DNA from: Candidatus Altimarinota bacterium
Lineage (GTDB): Bacteria; Patescibacteriota; Gracilibacteria; UBA1369
Reading direction: 5' to 3'
DNA length: 32,000 nucleotides
Assembly (NCBI GenBank): GCA_041659405.1
Contig: JBAZYK010000009.1
Span: forward strand, 30,001-62,000
Shown here: in pieces, positions 23,430-32,000 of the stretch
How the letters are laid out: the number at the start of each line of letters is the position of its first letter
Position numbering within the stretch: position 1 is the stretch's first letter
Translations under genes and position numbers: made by a program
Notes under the pieces: model-generated
Seen by the model: the letters and a program-made list of their open reading frames with translations, nothing else
Told to the model about the DNA's origin: nothing
Database searches by the model: none

Positions 23430-24419
23430 TTAGCCTACCCATTTTGCGGCAAGAGTAACGTTGTCCGGATGTACTTTCGTAGCCGTGATTAAACTGCCAC
23501 CAACCTTAACTTTTGGCTTCCCCTCAGTTCCCAATTTTTGTTCCTCGCAAATTTTAAGTTGAGCCTGTCGTTCCATGGCCAATTCGTAAAGTTTTTTAGG
23601 AGCATCTTTTTTATGTGTTTTTACATATTCACTAATTTCAGTATCGGAAACAATCCCATGAAAACCATCGGAACTTAAAAGGACCACCACTGGACGATTT
23701 GCAACAGGAATTTTCTTGATTATGGCTTCAAATTGAAGTTTGTCGGGGTTAACGTAACTGGTAGGAGAATTTTTGATTTGGAGTTTTACTGCTTCAGTAG
23801 TCACCTGTTCATCTGTAAGATCTGACAATTCATCATCACAAATTTCCGGGTAAAAAATTATTTTCAATGCTCTTATAGCTTTAATTACCTCTTTTCGTGT
23901 GTGCTGAACGTTTACTACGTCATTAAGGCTTGATTGGTCTTCCGAAGCATAAATAATTTCCCCGGTTTCAGCATCCAGAACATGAATTTTCGCGTCACCA
24001 ACGTGTCCAACCTCAATTCCGTGTTCATCTCCGTCTTGGTATTCTCGAGCAAGAGCAAGCATGGTTCCTTCTCTAGGGCCAAATTTAGCCCTTTGCATGT
24101 TCACGCAAGCATCATGAAAAATACGATTCATATTTTCTGTTGGATCCAATGTTCTCAAAACAAGTTCGCACACTTCTGCGCCATGTCTTCCACCACCAAC
24201 ACCATCACCAACTGCAAGAAATTTATCATCAACGACTCTATAACCGTCTTCATTTGCTTCTTTTCTGCCTTCGGTTAGTTCTCTTCCACCCTTATTTGTA
24301 GCTGCCCAAACGCTTTTATCTGGTGATTCATATTTTGCGGTATCACCAAAGCCAAAAATTTCTTTTGGTGCGGATTCCGCAGGCATCTCGCCTTCTGGTT
24401 TTAATTCAGGACCATTCAT
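23430..24419 (-). CDS. PP2C-family Ser/Thr protein phosphatase
   Basis: 329 aa. 'ANEDGY', 'LAVGDGVGGGRHGAEV', 'VGHVGDAKIHVL', 'VVLLSSDGFHGIVSDTEI' and the C-terminal 'DNVTLAA' follow the PP2C motif order. Confidence 0.7.
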   Translation of the reverse strand: MNGPELKPEGEMPAESAPKEIFGFGDTAKYESPDKSVWAATNKGGRELTEGRKEANEDGYRVVDDKFLAVGDGVGGGRHGAEVCELVLRTLDPTENMNRIFHDACVNMQRAKFGPREGTMLALAREYQDGDEHGIEVGHVGDAKIHVLDAETGEIIYASEDQSSLNDVVNVQHTRKEVIKAIRALKIIFYPEICDDELSDLTDEQVTTEAVKLQIKNSPTSYVNPDKLQFEAIIKKIPVANRPVVVLLSSDGFHGIVSDTEISEYVKTHKKDAPKKLYELAMERQAQLKICEEQKLGTEGKPKVKVGGSLITATKVHPDNVTLAAKWVG

Positions 24420-24522
24420 AAATAAAATTTGTTTAAATATTATTTAGGTAGGACATTGTATCACAAAATCGGCAAAAGTCCATAGTTGAATAACCCTCTT
24501 GGTGTTGTATATTTTCTAGGCT

Positions 24523-25608
24523 ATGTCACAAAAAATTCTCATCAAAGTTGGCACCAACGTTATTTCCAAAGAAGATGGAACTTTGGACGAAAAAATCATG
24601 GCCGAAATTGTTGACCAGATTTCGCAGTTGAAAAAACAAAACCTGGAAATTATTTTAATTACTTCCGGGGCTGTTGGTGCGGGAAAAAGTCTCATCAATC
24701 TTGCCGATAAAAATTTGGGCAAAAATGCCGACGTGATCAAACGTCAGATTTTGGCTTCAGCCGGACAAATAAAGCTCATGAATTTATACCTGAAATTTTT
24801 TGGTAACCATCAGTATAACTGCGCGCAAATTTTAGTAACTAAAGAAGATTTCCGCGATCGCCTTCATTACCTCAACATGAAAAATTGTCTGGAGGCGCTT
24901 TTGAAAAATGAAATTGTTCCGGTCATCAATGAAAATGATGTCGTCTCTGTTACCGAATTAATGTTTACCGATAATGATGAACTGGCAGGCCTAATCGCCG
25001 CCATGCTTAATGTGGATACGGTTATTATTTTGACCAATGTTGATGGCATTTTTGATCAAAATCCTAATAATGAAGGTGCCAAATTACTAAACAAAATCGA
25101 CCACAAAACCAACCTGGAAGAATTTATTTCTCCGGATAAATCTTCTTTTGGACGAGGAGGAATGCTCACAAAATCCCGCATTGCCCAAAAATTATCGCTG
25201 CTCGGAATCACCACGCATATCGCTAACGGCAAACGAAAAAACATCCTCCTTGATTTGCTGAAATCTTCCGATTCTCCTGCCACAACTTTTCTTCCATCCA
25301 AAAAACTTTCCAGTGTAAAACGCTGGATCGCCTATTCCCGCGGTTACGAAAAAGGCACAGTTTTTATCAACAAATGCGCCGAAGATATTATCACTTCAAA
25401 ATCAAAAGCCATCAGTTTATTACCGGTTGGAATTACCAAAATTGAAGGTGATTTTGAAAAGGGCGAAATCATTAAAGTAAAAAACGAACAAGGTGCGGAT
25501 ATTGGCTTCGGTATGGCACAATATAGCTCCGAAAAAGCCAAAGAATTTTTGGGACAAAAAGGCAAAAGACCACTCATCCATTATGATTATTTTTTTCTTG
25601 ATCTATGA
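24523..25608 (+). CDS. proB: glutamate 5-kinase with C-terminal PUA domain
   Basis: 361 aa. 'ILIKVGTNVIS', 'ILITSGAVGAG', 'NENDVVS..E..FTDNDELAGLIA' and a PUA-like tail 'LLPVGITKIEGDFEKGEIIKV'. Confidence 0.9.
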   Translation: MSQKILIKVGTNVISKEDGTLDEKIMAEIVDQISQLKKQNLEIILITSGAVGAGKSLINLADKNLGKNADVIKRQILASAGQIKLMNLYLKFFGNHQYNCAQILVTKEDFRDRLHYLNMKNCLEALLKNEIVPVINENDVVSVTELMFTDNDELAGLIAAMLNVDTVIILTNVDGIFDQNPNNEGAKLLNKIDHKTNLEEFISPDKSSFGRGGMLTKSRIAQKLSLLGITTHIANGKRKNILLDLLKSSDSPATTFLPSKKLSSVKRWIAYSRGYEKGTVFINKCAEDIITSKSKAISLLPVGITKIEGDFEKGEIIKVKNEQGADIGFGMAQYSSEKAKEFLGQKGKRPLIHYDYFFLDL

Positions 25609-26390
25609 AAAATAAAATCGCAATCATCGGTGCTGGCAACATGGGCGGAGCTTTTTTTAGAGGTCTCGCCAAACATTTTCCGATTCAGGATTTGCTTCTT
25701 TGTGATCACAATTTGGATAAGATGAAAGCCCTTGGCGCAAAGGTTTTTTCAACTGATGCCAATGAAATTATCCCCAAAGCTGACATTATTATCTTGGCCG
25801 TTAAACCTCAATCTTATCTGGATTTTTGCCAAACGATCAAAGTAAAAATGGACCAAAAACTGATCATTTCCATCATGGCCAGAGTCACTTTAAAAACTCT
25901 TAAACAAACAACCGGGAGCGCCAAAATTGTTAGATCCATGCCGAATTTGCCGGCTCAGGTTGAGGCCGGTTTGACCGGTTGGGTAGCCACAAAAGACCTA
26001 TCGCCAACAGATAAAAAAATTGTTGAAAAAATCTTTTCCGCGTTGGGTGATTCGATCGAATTAAAAACTGAAAAAGCATTAAATGCACTCACGCCATTAA
26101 GTGGTTCCGGTCCGGCCTACTTTTTTTATATTTGCGAATTATTAGAAGAGAAAGCCAAAAAAATGGGCTTCACCAAAGATCAGGCCAAAAAAATGGCCGA
26201 AAAAACTTTCATCGGATCCGCAAAAGTTTTTCAAGAAAACACCATGACGGCGGCAGAGTGGCGAAAAGCGGTAACTGGCAAAGGAGGCACCACCGAAGCC
26301 GCTTTTGACCACTTCCAAAAGAAAAATCTCGCCAAAATTTTTGACGAAGGAATCGAAAAAGGCCAAAAACGCGCCGACGAAACGATCTAA
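25605..26390 (+). CDS. proC: pyrroline-5-carboxylate reductase
   Basis: 261 aa. '[12 protein letters not shown]', 'ILAVKPQ', '[13 protein letters not shown]', '[10 protein letters not shown]' and '[11 protein letters not shown]'. The ATG overlaps the proB TGA (ATGA). Confidence 0.9.
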   Translation: MKNKIAIIGAGNMGGAFFRGLAKHFPIQDLLLCDHNLDKMKALGAKVFSTDANEIIPKADIIILAVKPQSYLDFCQTIKVKMDQKLIISIMARVTLKTLKQTTGSAKIVRSMPNLPAQVEAGLTGWVATKDLSPTDKKIVEKIFSALGDSIELKTEKALNALTPLSGSGPAYFFYICELLEEKAKKMGFTKDQAKKMAEKTFIGSAKVFQENTMTAAEWRKAVTGKGGTTEAAFDHFQKKNLAKIFDEGIEKGQKRADETI

Positions 26391-26400
26391 ATTCCCATTC

Positions 26401-27765
26401 ATGCCCACAAATCTCCAAACTCAGATCACTCAAAAACTTATCAAAGTCCAAAAAGCCAGCCGAAAATTGGCATCTTTAAGCGATTCTAAGGTCAATCAAA
26501 TCCTAAAAGATTTAGCCAAAGAACTAAAACTTCAAACCAAAAACATTCTCGCAGCTAATCAAAAAGACCTTAAAAAAATGGAGCAAGCTTCCCCCACTTC
26601 CGGCAAAGAGTCTCTCAAAAACATAAACGCACAAAATCCTCAAGATCCAAAATACGACCGTCTAAAATTAACTGCGGAACGCATCAACGCAATTGCGGCA
26701 GACCTCCTCAACGTGGCAAAACTCCCCTCTCCTCTTCACAAAATCCTGGAAAAGAAAACTTTAAAAAATGGCCTGCAGCTAAGCAAAATCAGCGTTCCAT
26801 TGGGAGTCATCGGCGTGATTTACGAGGCCCGCCCCAATGTGACAATTGACGTTTTTTCACTCTGTCTAAAATCCGGAAATGCCTGCATTCTTAAAGGCGG
26901 CAGCGACGCGCAAAATTCCAACATCGCGCTTGCAAAAATCATTCAAAAAGTTTTAGAAAAAAACAATGTAGATCAAAATATAATTTATCTTCTGGGGGCC
27001 GATGGAAACTTAAATCACCAGGCTCAGCGCGAAGCTTTAAGCATAATTTTGCAGGCAACTTCTTATATTGATGTCATTATTCCGCGCGGTGGGCAAAGTT
27101 TAATTAAATTCGTGCGTGAAAATTCCAAAGTTCCGGTCATAGAAACCGGTGCCGGCATCGTCCATACTTTCTTTGATGAAAGCGGAAAACTCGAATACGG
27201 TCGCAACATTATTCTCAACGCCAAAACTCGCCGGCCAAGTGTTTGTAACTCTCTTGATACGTTAATCATTCACGAAAAACGGCTCAAGGATCTGCCAAAA
27301 TTAGTCGAACCTCTCCTGAAATATAATGTCGAAATTTTTGCAGATAAAAAAGCGCATGCGGTACTTGCCGCAAAAAATTCATCAAATCGCCACGCCTATA
27401 ATTCCGCCCTTCTTCACCTTGCCACGCCGGAAGACTTTGGTCGTGAATTTCTTTCCCTAAAAATGTCGATCAAAACCGTTCGCAATCTTGATGAAGCGCT
27501 AGAGCACATTCAAGAGTACAGCTCCAAACACAGTGAAGCAATCATCAGCGAAAATCCAAAAAATATTCAACGTTTCCTCAACGAAGTCGACGCCGCTTGT
27601 GTTTACGCCAACGCACCAACATCATTCAGCGACGGCGGCCAATTTGGCATGGGCGCCGAAATCGGCATCTCCACCCAAAAACTCCACGCTCGCGGCCCCA
27701 TGGCCCTGCCCGAACTCACCAGCTACAAATGGCTAGTCAAAGGCAAAGGACAGATTCGAACCTAG
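26401..27765 (+). CDS. proA: gamma-glutamyl phosphate reductase
   Basis: '[39 protein letters not shown]', 'IIPRGG', '[11 protein letters not shown]' and 'HSEAIISEN'. I place the start at ATG 26401, 10 nt after the proC stop, rather than at the track start 26305, which would overlap proC by 86 nt. Confidence 0.88.
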   Translation: MPTNLQTQITQKLIKVQKASRKLASLSDSKVNQILKDLAKELKLQTKNILAANQKDLKKMEQASPTSGKESLKNINAQNPQDPKYDRLKLTAERINAIAADLLNVAKLPSPLHKILEKKTLKNGLQLSKISVPLGVIGVIYEARPNVTIDVFSLCLKSGNACILKGGSDAQNSNIALAKIIQKVLEKNNVDQNIIYLLGADGNLNHQAQREALSIILQATSYIDVIIPRGGQSLIKFVRENSKVPVIETGAGIVHTFFDESGKLEYGRNIILNAKTRRPSVCNSLDTLIIHEKRLKDLPKLVEPLLKYNVEIFADKKAHAVLAAKNSSNRHAYNSALLHLATPEDFGREFLSLKMSIKTVRNLDEALEHIQEYSSKHSEAIISENPKNIQRFLNEVDAACVYANAPTSFSDGGQFGMGAEIGISTQKLHARGPMALPELTSYKWLVKGKGQIRT

Positions 27766-27790
27766 GCAATAGAACTATGGTCTTCCAAGC

Positions 27791-28882
27791 CTACCTCTTC
27801 CCCTTCAAACTAGCTTCAATAAACCCGTCCAGCTCGCCATCTAAGACACTGCCGGTATCGTGTTCCTCGTGCTCCGTACGATGATCTTTTACCATGGTGT
27901 AAGGATGCAAAACGTAAGACCTAACCTGATTTCCCCAGGAAGTTTCTACGCGTTCACCTTTAATCGCCGCAATTTCCGCCACCTGTTGTTTCTCCATTAA
28001 ATCCATCAGTTTCGCATTCAAAACTTTCATGGCGCGTTCCTTATTTTGCAGCTGCGAGCGCTCGTCCTGACAAGTAACCACAATGCCCGACGGAATATGA
28101 GTTATGCGCACCGCCGAAGAAGTTTTATTCACATTTTGACCACCCGCTCCACCGGATCTATATGTATCCACACGCAAATCATCTTTTTTAATTTCAGCCA
28201 TATGTTCTTCCGGAATCTCCGGCAAAATTTCCACTTTAGCAAAAGACGTTTCACGTGAGTGCTTAGCGTTAAATGGCGATTGGCGCACCAGTCTGTGTAC
28301 CCCATTTTCGCCCTTCAAATAGCCATAAGCCAGATATCCTGAAATCAACAAAGTTGCCGATTTTAAGCCAACTTCTTCCCCCATCGACTTATCAAAAATT
28401 TCCACCGACCAACCCTGCTTTTCCGCATAGCGCGTATACATGCGCAGCAACATCTCCGCCCAGTCATGGGCATCTTTGCCACCTGTCCCCGCGTGGATCG
28501 CTAAAATCACATTATATTGATCGTATTTGCCATTTAAAAAGGTCGAGATCTCCAGTTTATGCCAATCTGCTTCCAAAGCCGCGACCATCTGCTTAAATTC
28601 CTCTCCACTGGCCGCATCGTCCTCCACCCTAATCGTCGGCAACAAAGCAATAAGCTCGCCACAATCTTTTTGAATTTTTTCCCAGCGCTGAATTTCTTTT
28701 TGCAAATCGCTCAATTCTTTACTGGTTTTTTGGGCACGTTCCTGATTATTCCAAAAGCCTTCCCCCTGCGTTAAAGTCATCAATTCGGCCACCCGCTTTT
28801 GCAAATTTCCCAAGTCCACAGCCTTTAAAGCGTGATCAATCTCTTCGCGGATCGTTTCCAATTTTTGTTTATATTCGTGCAT
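27791..28882 (-). CDS. prfB: peptide chain release factor 2, single uninterrupted frame
   Basis: 363 aa from ATG 28882 (MHEYKQKLETIREE...). The 'RQSPFNA' (SPF) tripeptide marks RF2, and 'SGGAGGQNVNK' is the GGQ motif. There is no in-frame UGA or frameshift site in the N-terminal region. Confidence 0.9.
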   Translation of the reverse strand: MHEYKQKLETIREEIDHALKAVDLGNLQKRVAELMTLTQGEGFWNNQERAQKTSKELSDLQKEIQRWEKIQKDCGELIALLPTIRVEDDAASGEEFKQMVAALEADWHKLEISTFLNGKYDQYNVILAIHAGTGGKDAHDWAEMLLRMYTRYAEKQGWSVEIFDKSMGEEVGLKSATLLISGYLAYGYLKGENGVHRLVRQSPFNAKHSRETSFAKVEILPEIPEEHMAEIKKDDLRVDTYRSGGAGGQNVNKTSSAVRITHIPSGIVVTCQDERSQLQNKERAMKVLNAKLMDLMEKQQVAEIAAIKGERVETSWGNQVRSYVLHPYTMVKDHRTEHEEHDTGSVLDGELDGFIEASLKGKR

Positions 28883-28976
28883 AACGCGGCCCGAAGGGCT
28901 GCTTATAAAAATAAAGTGGCGCCCCGCCAAGCCAAGGTGAATCCATCAGAAGCAGTTTAGCAAAAATTTACATTTT

Positions 28977-29002
28977 GTTCATCTCTAAAAATTAAGATGA
29001 AC
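28977..29002. promoter_or_regulatory. 7-bp perfect inverted repeat between divergent prfB and hicA, possible operator
   Basis: GTTCATC (28977-28983), 12 nt, GATGAAC (28996-29002). The repeat ends 26 nt upstream of the hicA ATG. Confidence 0.35.
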
Positions 29003-29028
29003 TCAACCGGATAATTTTTTCAACAACA

Positions 29029-29265
29029 ATGGGAATCAAAAAAAATCTAAAAAAGCTTTTGAAGGAGCCAACGGAAATGCGCATAGATGAACTCAAAAAT
29101 GTGCTTTTGCATTTTGGTTTCATCTTAAAAAACATCAAAGGAAGCCATTATACATTCGCCCATCCACGTATTGATAAAATTACGGTTCCTGTCCATAATG
29201 GAAAAGCCAAAAAAAGATATTTAGAAATCATCAAAAATCATTTGATAAATAATAAACTGATTTAA
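29029..29265 (+). CDS. hicA: HicA-family mRNA interferase toxin
   Basis: 78 aa. 'ELKNVLLHFGFILKNIKGSHYTFAHP...ITVPVHNGKAKKRYLEIIKNHL' matches the HicA/YcfA pattern (GSH ... vP.H). Confidence 0.75.
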   Translation: MGIKKNLKKLLKEPTEMRIDELKNVLLHFGFILKNIKGSHYTFAHPRIDKITVPVHNGKAKKRYLEIIKNHLINNKLI

Positions 29266-29267
29266 CA

Positions 29268-29690
29268 ATGAAAAAATACGAATTTTCCATAACTGATTTA
29301 AGTCACGATCCTAAGGATCCGGCCTTTGAAATTGATTTGATCAAACCTGACGGAGGTATAATCATGGGTGACGATTATAAAGAGCTTTCCAATGGTTTAG
29401 ACTGCTGCCTGGAATGCGAAAAACATTTTCGCCCTAAAAATCGCAAAAGTATTAAAGCGGTTCATTATATTATTGAAAAAGTTGGCAAGCCCGCAGCAAA
29501 ACATTATCAGGCCAGTATCCCATTATTAAACGATAGCATTGTTTCCGCTGATTCTTTGGGGGAAATCGAAGAAGGCCTCAAAGCTCTTTTGTACTACGAA
29601 AAAATTTCCTACGAAAAATTAATCGGTTGCGAAATTATCAAAACTCAAAACTCTCAAACTGCAGCTAAGAAGAAAGAAAAAGTCCGTTGA
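29268..29690 (+). CDS. hicB: HicB-like antitoxin (atypical)
   Basis: 140 aa, starting 2 nt after the hicA stop. 'HYQASIPLLNDSIVSADSLGEIEEGLKALL' resembles the HicB N-domain (y.a.vP.l.gc...g.t.eEa..n...al). No recognisable RHH/HTH DNA-binding tail. Confidence 0.45.
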   Translation: MKKYEFSITDLSHDPKDPAFEIDLIKPDGGIIMGDDYKELSNGLDCCLECEKHFRPKNRKSIKAVHYIIEKVGKPAAKHYQASIPLLNDSIVSADSLGEIEEGLKALLYYEKISYEKLIGCEIIKTQNSQTAAKKKEKVR

Positions 29691-29776
29691 TCAACATCCT
29701 TGACGATGCAAATATTTAACGCTGGTATCTTCCCCCAAGCTTCGGTAAACTGTTGGAGCTTTAAAGTTCTTTTGGC

Positions 29777-31372
29777 ATGTCTGAATCAAAATCCATAGCC
29801 GGCTCCCCTTCCAATCTTCCCGCACAGTCAGGTAACACCGCGCGCAGAATTTTGTGGAACACCGTTTCGCAAATTATCGGTAAAGCCATCATCATGGTGC
29901 TGGGCATTATCGTGGTAAAAATGGCCACCAATTACCTTGGCAAAAGTGGTTATGGTGAATATGCCACAGCCTTTGAATATCTGGCCTTTTTTGGAATTGT
30001 CGCTGATTTGGGGCTTTACACCGTGGGTATCCGTGAAATGTCCAAAGACGAAACAAAAATTCCCATGATCATTGGGAATGTTCTAACTATACGCACGGTT
30101 GTGGCTTTTTTAATGATTGGTGCCGCCATCATTGGCACTTTTTTTATTCCCCAATATCAAAATACCAGAATTCCTATCGCCGTTATTATCGCAGGGGTAG
30201 CCACAATTTTTAATCTGATCACCTCCACGATTTCTTCGGTTTTGCAGGTCCACCTAAAAATGGAATATAGCTCTTTTGCCTCTGTCGTGGGCAAAATAGT
30301 CAATGTTGGTTACATGGCTTTTGTTATCTACATACTTCACGCCACCGACAAAGTTGAAGGCCTTTACCAAATGGTGTGGGCGGGCGCAATCGGCAACGCC
30401 ATCATGCTTGTCATTACTTATCATTACTCCTCCAAACTCGCCAAAATTCGTTATCGTTTCGATAAAGAGTTTTTCACGGATGTGATTATGAAGGCACTTC
30501 CCTATGGTATTGCGCTGATTTTAAATACCATTTATTTCCGTATCGGCTCGATTTTGCTTTCGTTGATGAAGTCCACCGACGACGTCAGTATTTATCGTGT
30601 CCCAATGACCATGATTGAAACGGTTGGCATCCTGCCGCTATATTTCATGAATTCAGTTTTGCCGTTTTTAACCAGATCCATCGCCCGCAAAGATGGCAAG
30701 CACGGCAAAATGATTCAATATTGTTTTGATTTTCTGGTGATGGGTAGCGCCCCGATAGTTGTTGGCACCGTAGTTTTGGCTTATCCACTCATTTCTTTGA
30801 TTAGCAGCCCGGAATTTTTGAGCAATCTCCCCGCCGGATTTTATGGTTCCGACATAGTTTTGCAGATCCTGATTTTTGCTCTGGCTTTCTCTTTCATAAA
30901 TAGTTTATTTGGCTTTATTTTAGTTGCCGATAACCGCCAGGTGGCTATTCTTAAACGAAATCTGATTGGTGCAATTTTTACTTTTATTCTCGATTTTATT
31001 TTTATTCCTTACTTTGGAGTTAGAGCCGCCGCCTTTAGCAATGTTTTAACTGAATTTTATGTGGCCGTGGCTTCATACATGATTGCCAGACATTATCTAA
31101 AATTTAAAATCGAACTTAAAAACGCGCTAAAGGCCACCGCCTGCGCAATTATAATGGGTATCGTTGTTTCATATTCTCACAATTTACTTTATCCGATTTT
31201 TCAAAATAAGAGCCTGATAATCACAGTTGCGATCGGCGGGATCGTCTATTTCGGCCTACTTTTCCTCACCAAAACCATCACCAACGAAATGCTTAACATG
31301 GTCAGAAAACGCAAACCGATCCCGGAATTAACCCAATCGGAAACAGGCGAATCCATGGATACGCCACAGTAA
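29777..31372 (+). CDS. MOP-superfamily flippase (Wzx/polysaccharide-biosynthesis-protein type)
   Basis: 531 aa with about 12-14 TM helices. The N-terminal 'RRILWNTVSQIIGKAIIMVLGIIVVKMATNYLGKSGYGEYA' is typical of the Polysacc_synt/Wzx family. Confidence 0.7.
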   Translation: MSESKSIAGSPSNLPAQSGNTARRILWNTVSQIIGKAIIMVLGIIVVKMATNYLGKSGYGEYATAFEYLAFFGIVADLGLYTVGIREMSKDETKIPMIIGNVLTIRTVVAFLMIGAAIIGTFFIPQYQNTRIPIAVIIAGVATIFNLITSTISSVLQVHLKMEYSSFASVVGKIVNVGYMAFVIYILHATDKVEGLYQMVWAGAIGNAIMLVITYHYSSKLAKIRYRFDKEFFTDVIMKALPYGIALILNTIYFRIGSILLSLMKSTDDVSIYRVPMTMIETVGILPLYFMNSVLPFLTRSIARKDGKHGKMIQYCFDFLVMGSAPIVVGTVVLAYPLISLISSPEFLSNLPAGFYGSDIVLQILIFALAFSFINSLFGFILVADNRQVAILKRNLIGAIFTFILDFIFIPYFGVRAAAFSNVLTEFYVAVASYMIARHYLKFKIELKNALKATACAIIMGIVVSYSHNLLYPIFQNKSLIITVAIGGIVYFGLLFLTKTITNEMLNMVRKRKPIPELTQSETGESMDTPQ

Positions 31373-31406
31373 TTTGGAAACATGCACGAAGCGAGTTCGC
31401 CAAATT

Positions 31407-32000
31407 CTATCGTGCAATTTTTTTCACCAGCTCCTTAAATTGCTCTCCGCGTTGTTTGTAGTTTTTAAATTGATCAAAGCTCGCCGCAGCCGGTGACATT
31501 ACCACCACATCGCCGAAAACCGCATTCTCCCGCGCCTTCATTAAGGCCTCTTCCAGATTTTTGCAACGATAAACCGCCAATGGAGAATGGCGAATTTCGG
31601 CAGATTCATGCCCTGATTTGCCAATTTCACTCGCCGCCAAATTCAGCGCTTCTTCCATTTTTGGCGCAGTTTGTCCCATCAATAAAACCATTTTAAGTCG
31701 TGGATTTTTTTGGAGTTCGATCCCCCACTCTTTGTAATCTGCAAATTTTTCCGATCCACCGGCAATCAAAATTACCGGATTCTTAAAGGCATAACTCGCC
31801 GCCACAGAAGTGTCGGGAGTAGTCGAAAACGAATCATTATAATATTTCACGCCATCAATTTCTTTGGCAAATTCAAGCCGATGTGGCAGTCCGGCAAACG
31901 AATACAGTACCTTTTGGATAGCCGAAATCGGCACATTTAAACTTCGGGCCACACACACCGCCGGCAAAACATTTTCCAAGTGATGTGCCCCAATTAAAGC
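31407..32000 (-). CDS. murD: UDP-N-acetylmuramoylalanine--D-glutamate ligase, C-terminal part (5' end outside window)
   Basis: 'GLPHRLEF...GVKYYNDSFSTTPD', 'ILIAGGSEK' and 'VVMSPAAASFDQFKNYKQRGEQF' are MurD signatures. The track 'M' at 31979 is a TTG inside an ORF that stays open to the window edge (...ALIGAHHLENVLPAV). Confidence 0.85.
   Translation of the reverse strand, partial: ALIGAHHLENVLPAVCVARSLNVPISAIQKVLYSFAGLPHRLEFAKEIDGVKYYNDSFSTTPDTSVAASYAFKNPVILIAGGSEKFADYKEWGIELQKNPRLKMVLLMGQTAPKMEEALNLAASEIGKSGHESAEIRHSPLAVYRCKNLEEALMKARENAVFGDVVVMSPAAASFDQFKNYKQRGEQFKELVKKIAR

Noticed and set aside
26305-26400. Track start of proA at 26305, which would overlap proC by 86 nt.
   Set aside because: The extension translates to K/S-rich sequence with no ProA similarity. 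ATG 26401 lies 10 nt after the proC stop and aligns with the ProA N-terminus.
27745-27765. 'gattcgaacc' T-loop-like string. I considered a tRNA.
   Set aside because: It lies inside the last codons of proA (..KGQIRT*), with no acceptor or anticodon arms around it.
28883-28930. 16-codon N-terminal extension of prfB (MAGRHFIFISSPSGRV).
   Set aside because: It has no RF2 similarity. RF2 homologs begin at the MHEYKQ... position. The extension covers a GC hairpin more likely to be 5'-UTR.

Overview
Gene-dense, moderately AT-rich bacterial window. It uses the standard genetic code: UGA terminates genes and RF2 is present. I saw no rRNA, tRNA, CRISPR array or mobile element. Housekeeping genes carry lineage-specific insertions and almost no gene has a Shine-Dalgarno leader. 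I associate this pattern with reduced-genome uncultivated lineages (CPR/Patescibacteria-like), but that is inference only. Recognisable genes are: an SdpI-like membrane protein, a DUF45/M48-like hydrolase, an SLH-domain envelope protein, GatB/YqeY, a class I/II aminotransferase with a long unassigned N-terminal region, a PduO-type adenosyltransferase, rpsP plus a KH protein, a VirB2/TrbC-like small pilin, a half-size GT-B-like protein, a stand-alone 5'-3' exonuclease, Phd/RelE and HicA/HicB toxin-antitoxin pairs, ftsA-ftsZ, a FemAB-family transferase, def, a PP2C phosphatase, proB-proC-proA, a prfB without the programmed frameshift, a MOP flippase and a partial murD. The stand-out region is 13.0-22.7 kb on the minus strand. 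It holds eleven ORFs with no family I can name, and they form two interleaved paralog families. Six 'long' proteins (121-911 aa) share a short N-terminal motif (M-K-x-hydrophobic ... R-L-V-F-Q) that is not a Sec signal, followed by K/E/A-rich helical regions and divergent tails. Five 'short' acidic helical proteins (104-130 aa) share an N-terminal helix pair and a C-terminal 'LLxxL/I' motif. Ten of these genes form one tightly packed operon behind a near-consensus extended -10 promoter. This layout resembles substrate/chaperone arrays of specialised secretion systems or polymorphic surface or cytoskeletal families, but no known machinery is visible in the window. It is my candidate for an undescribed system.
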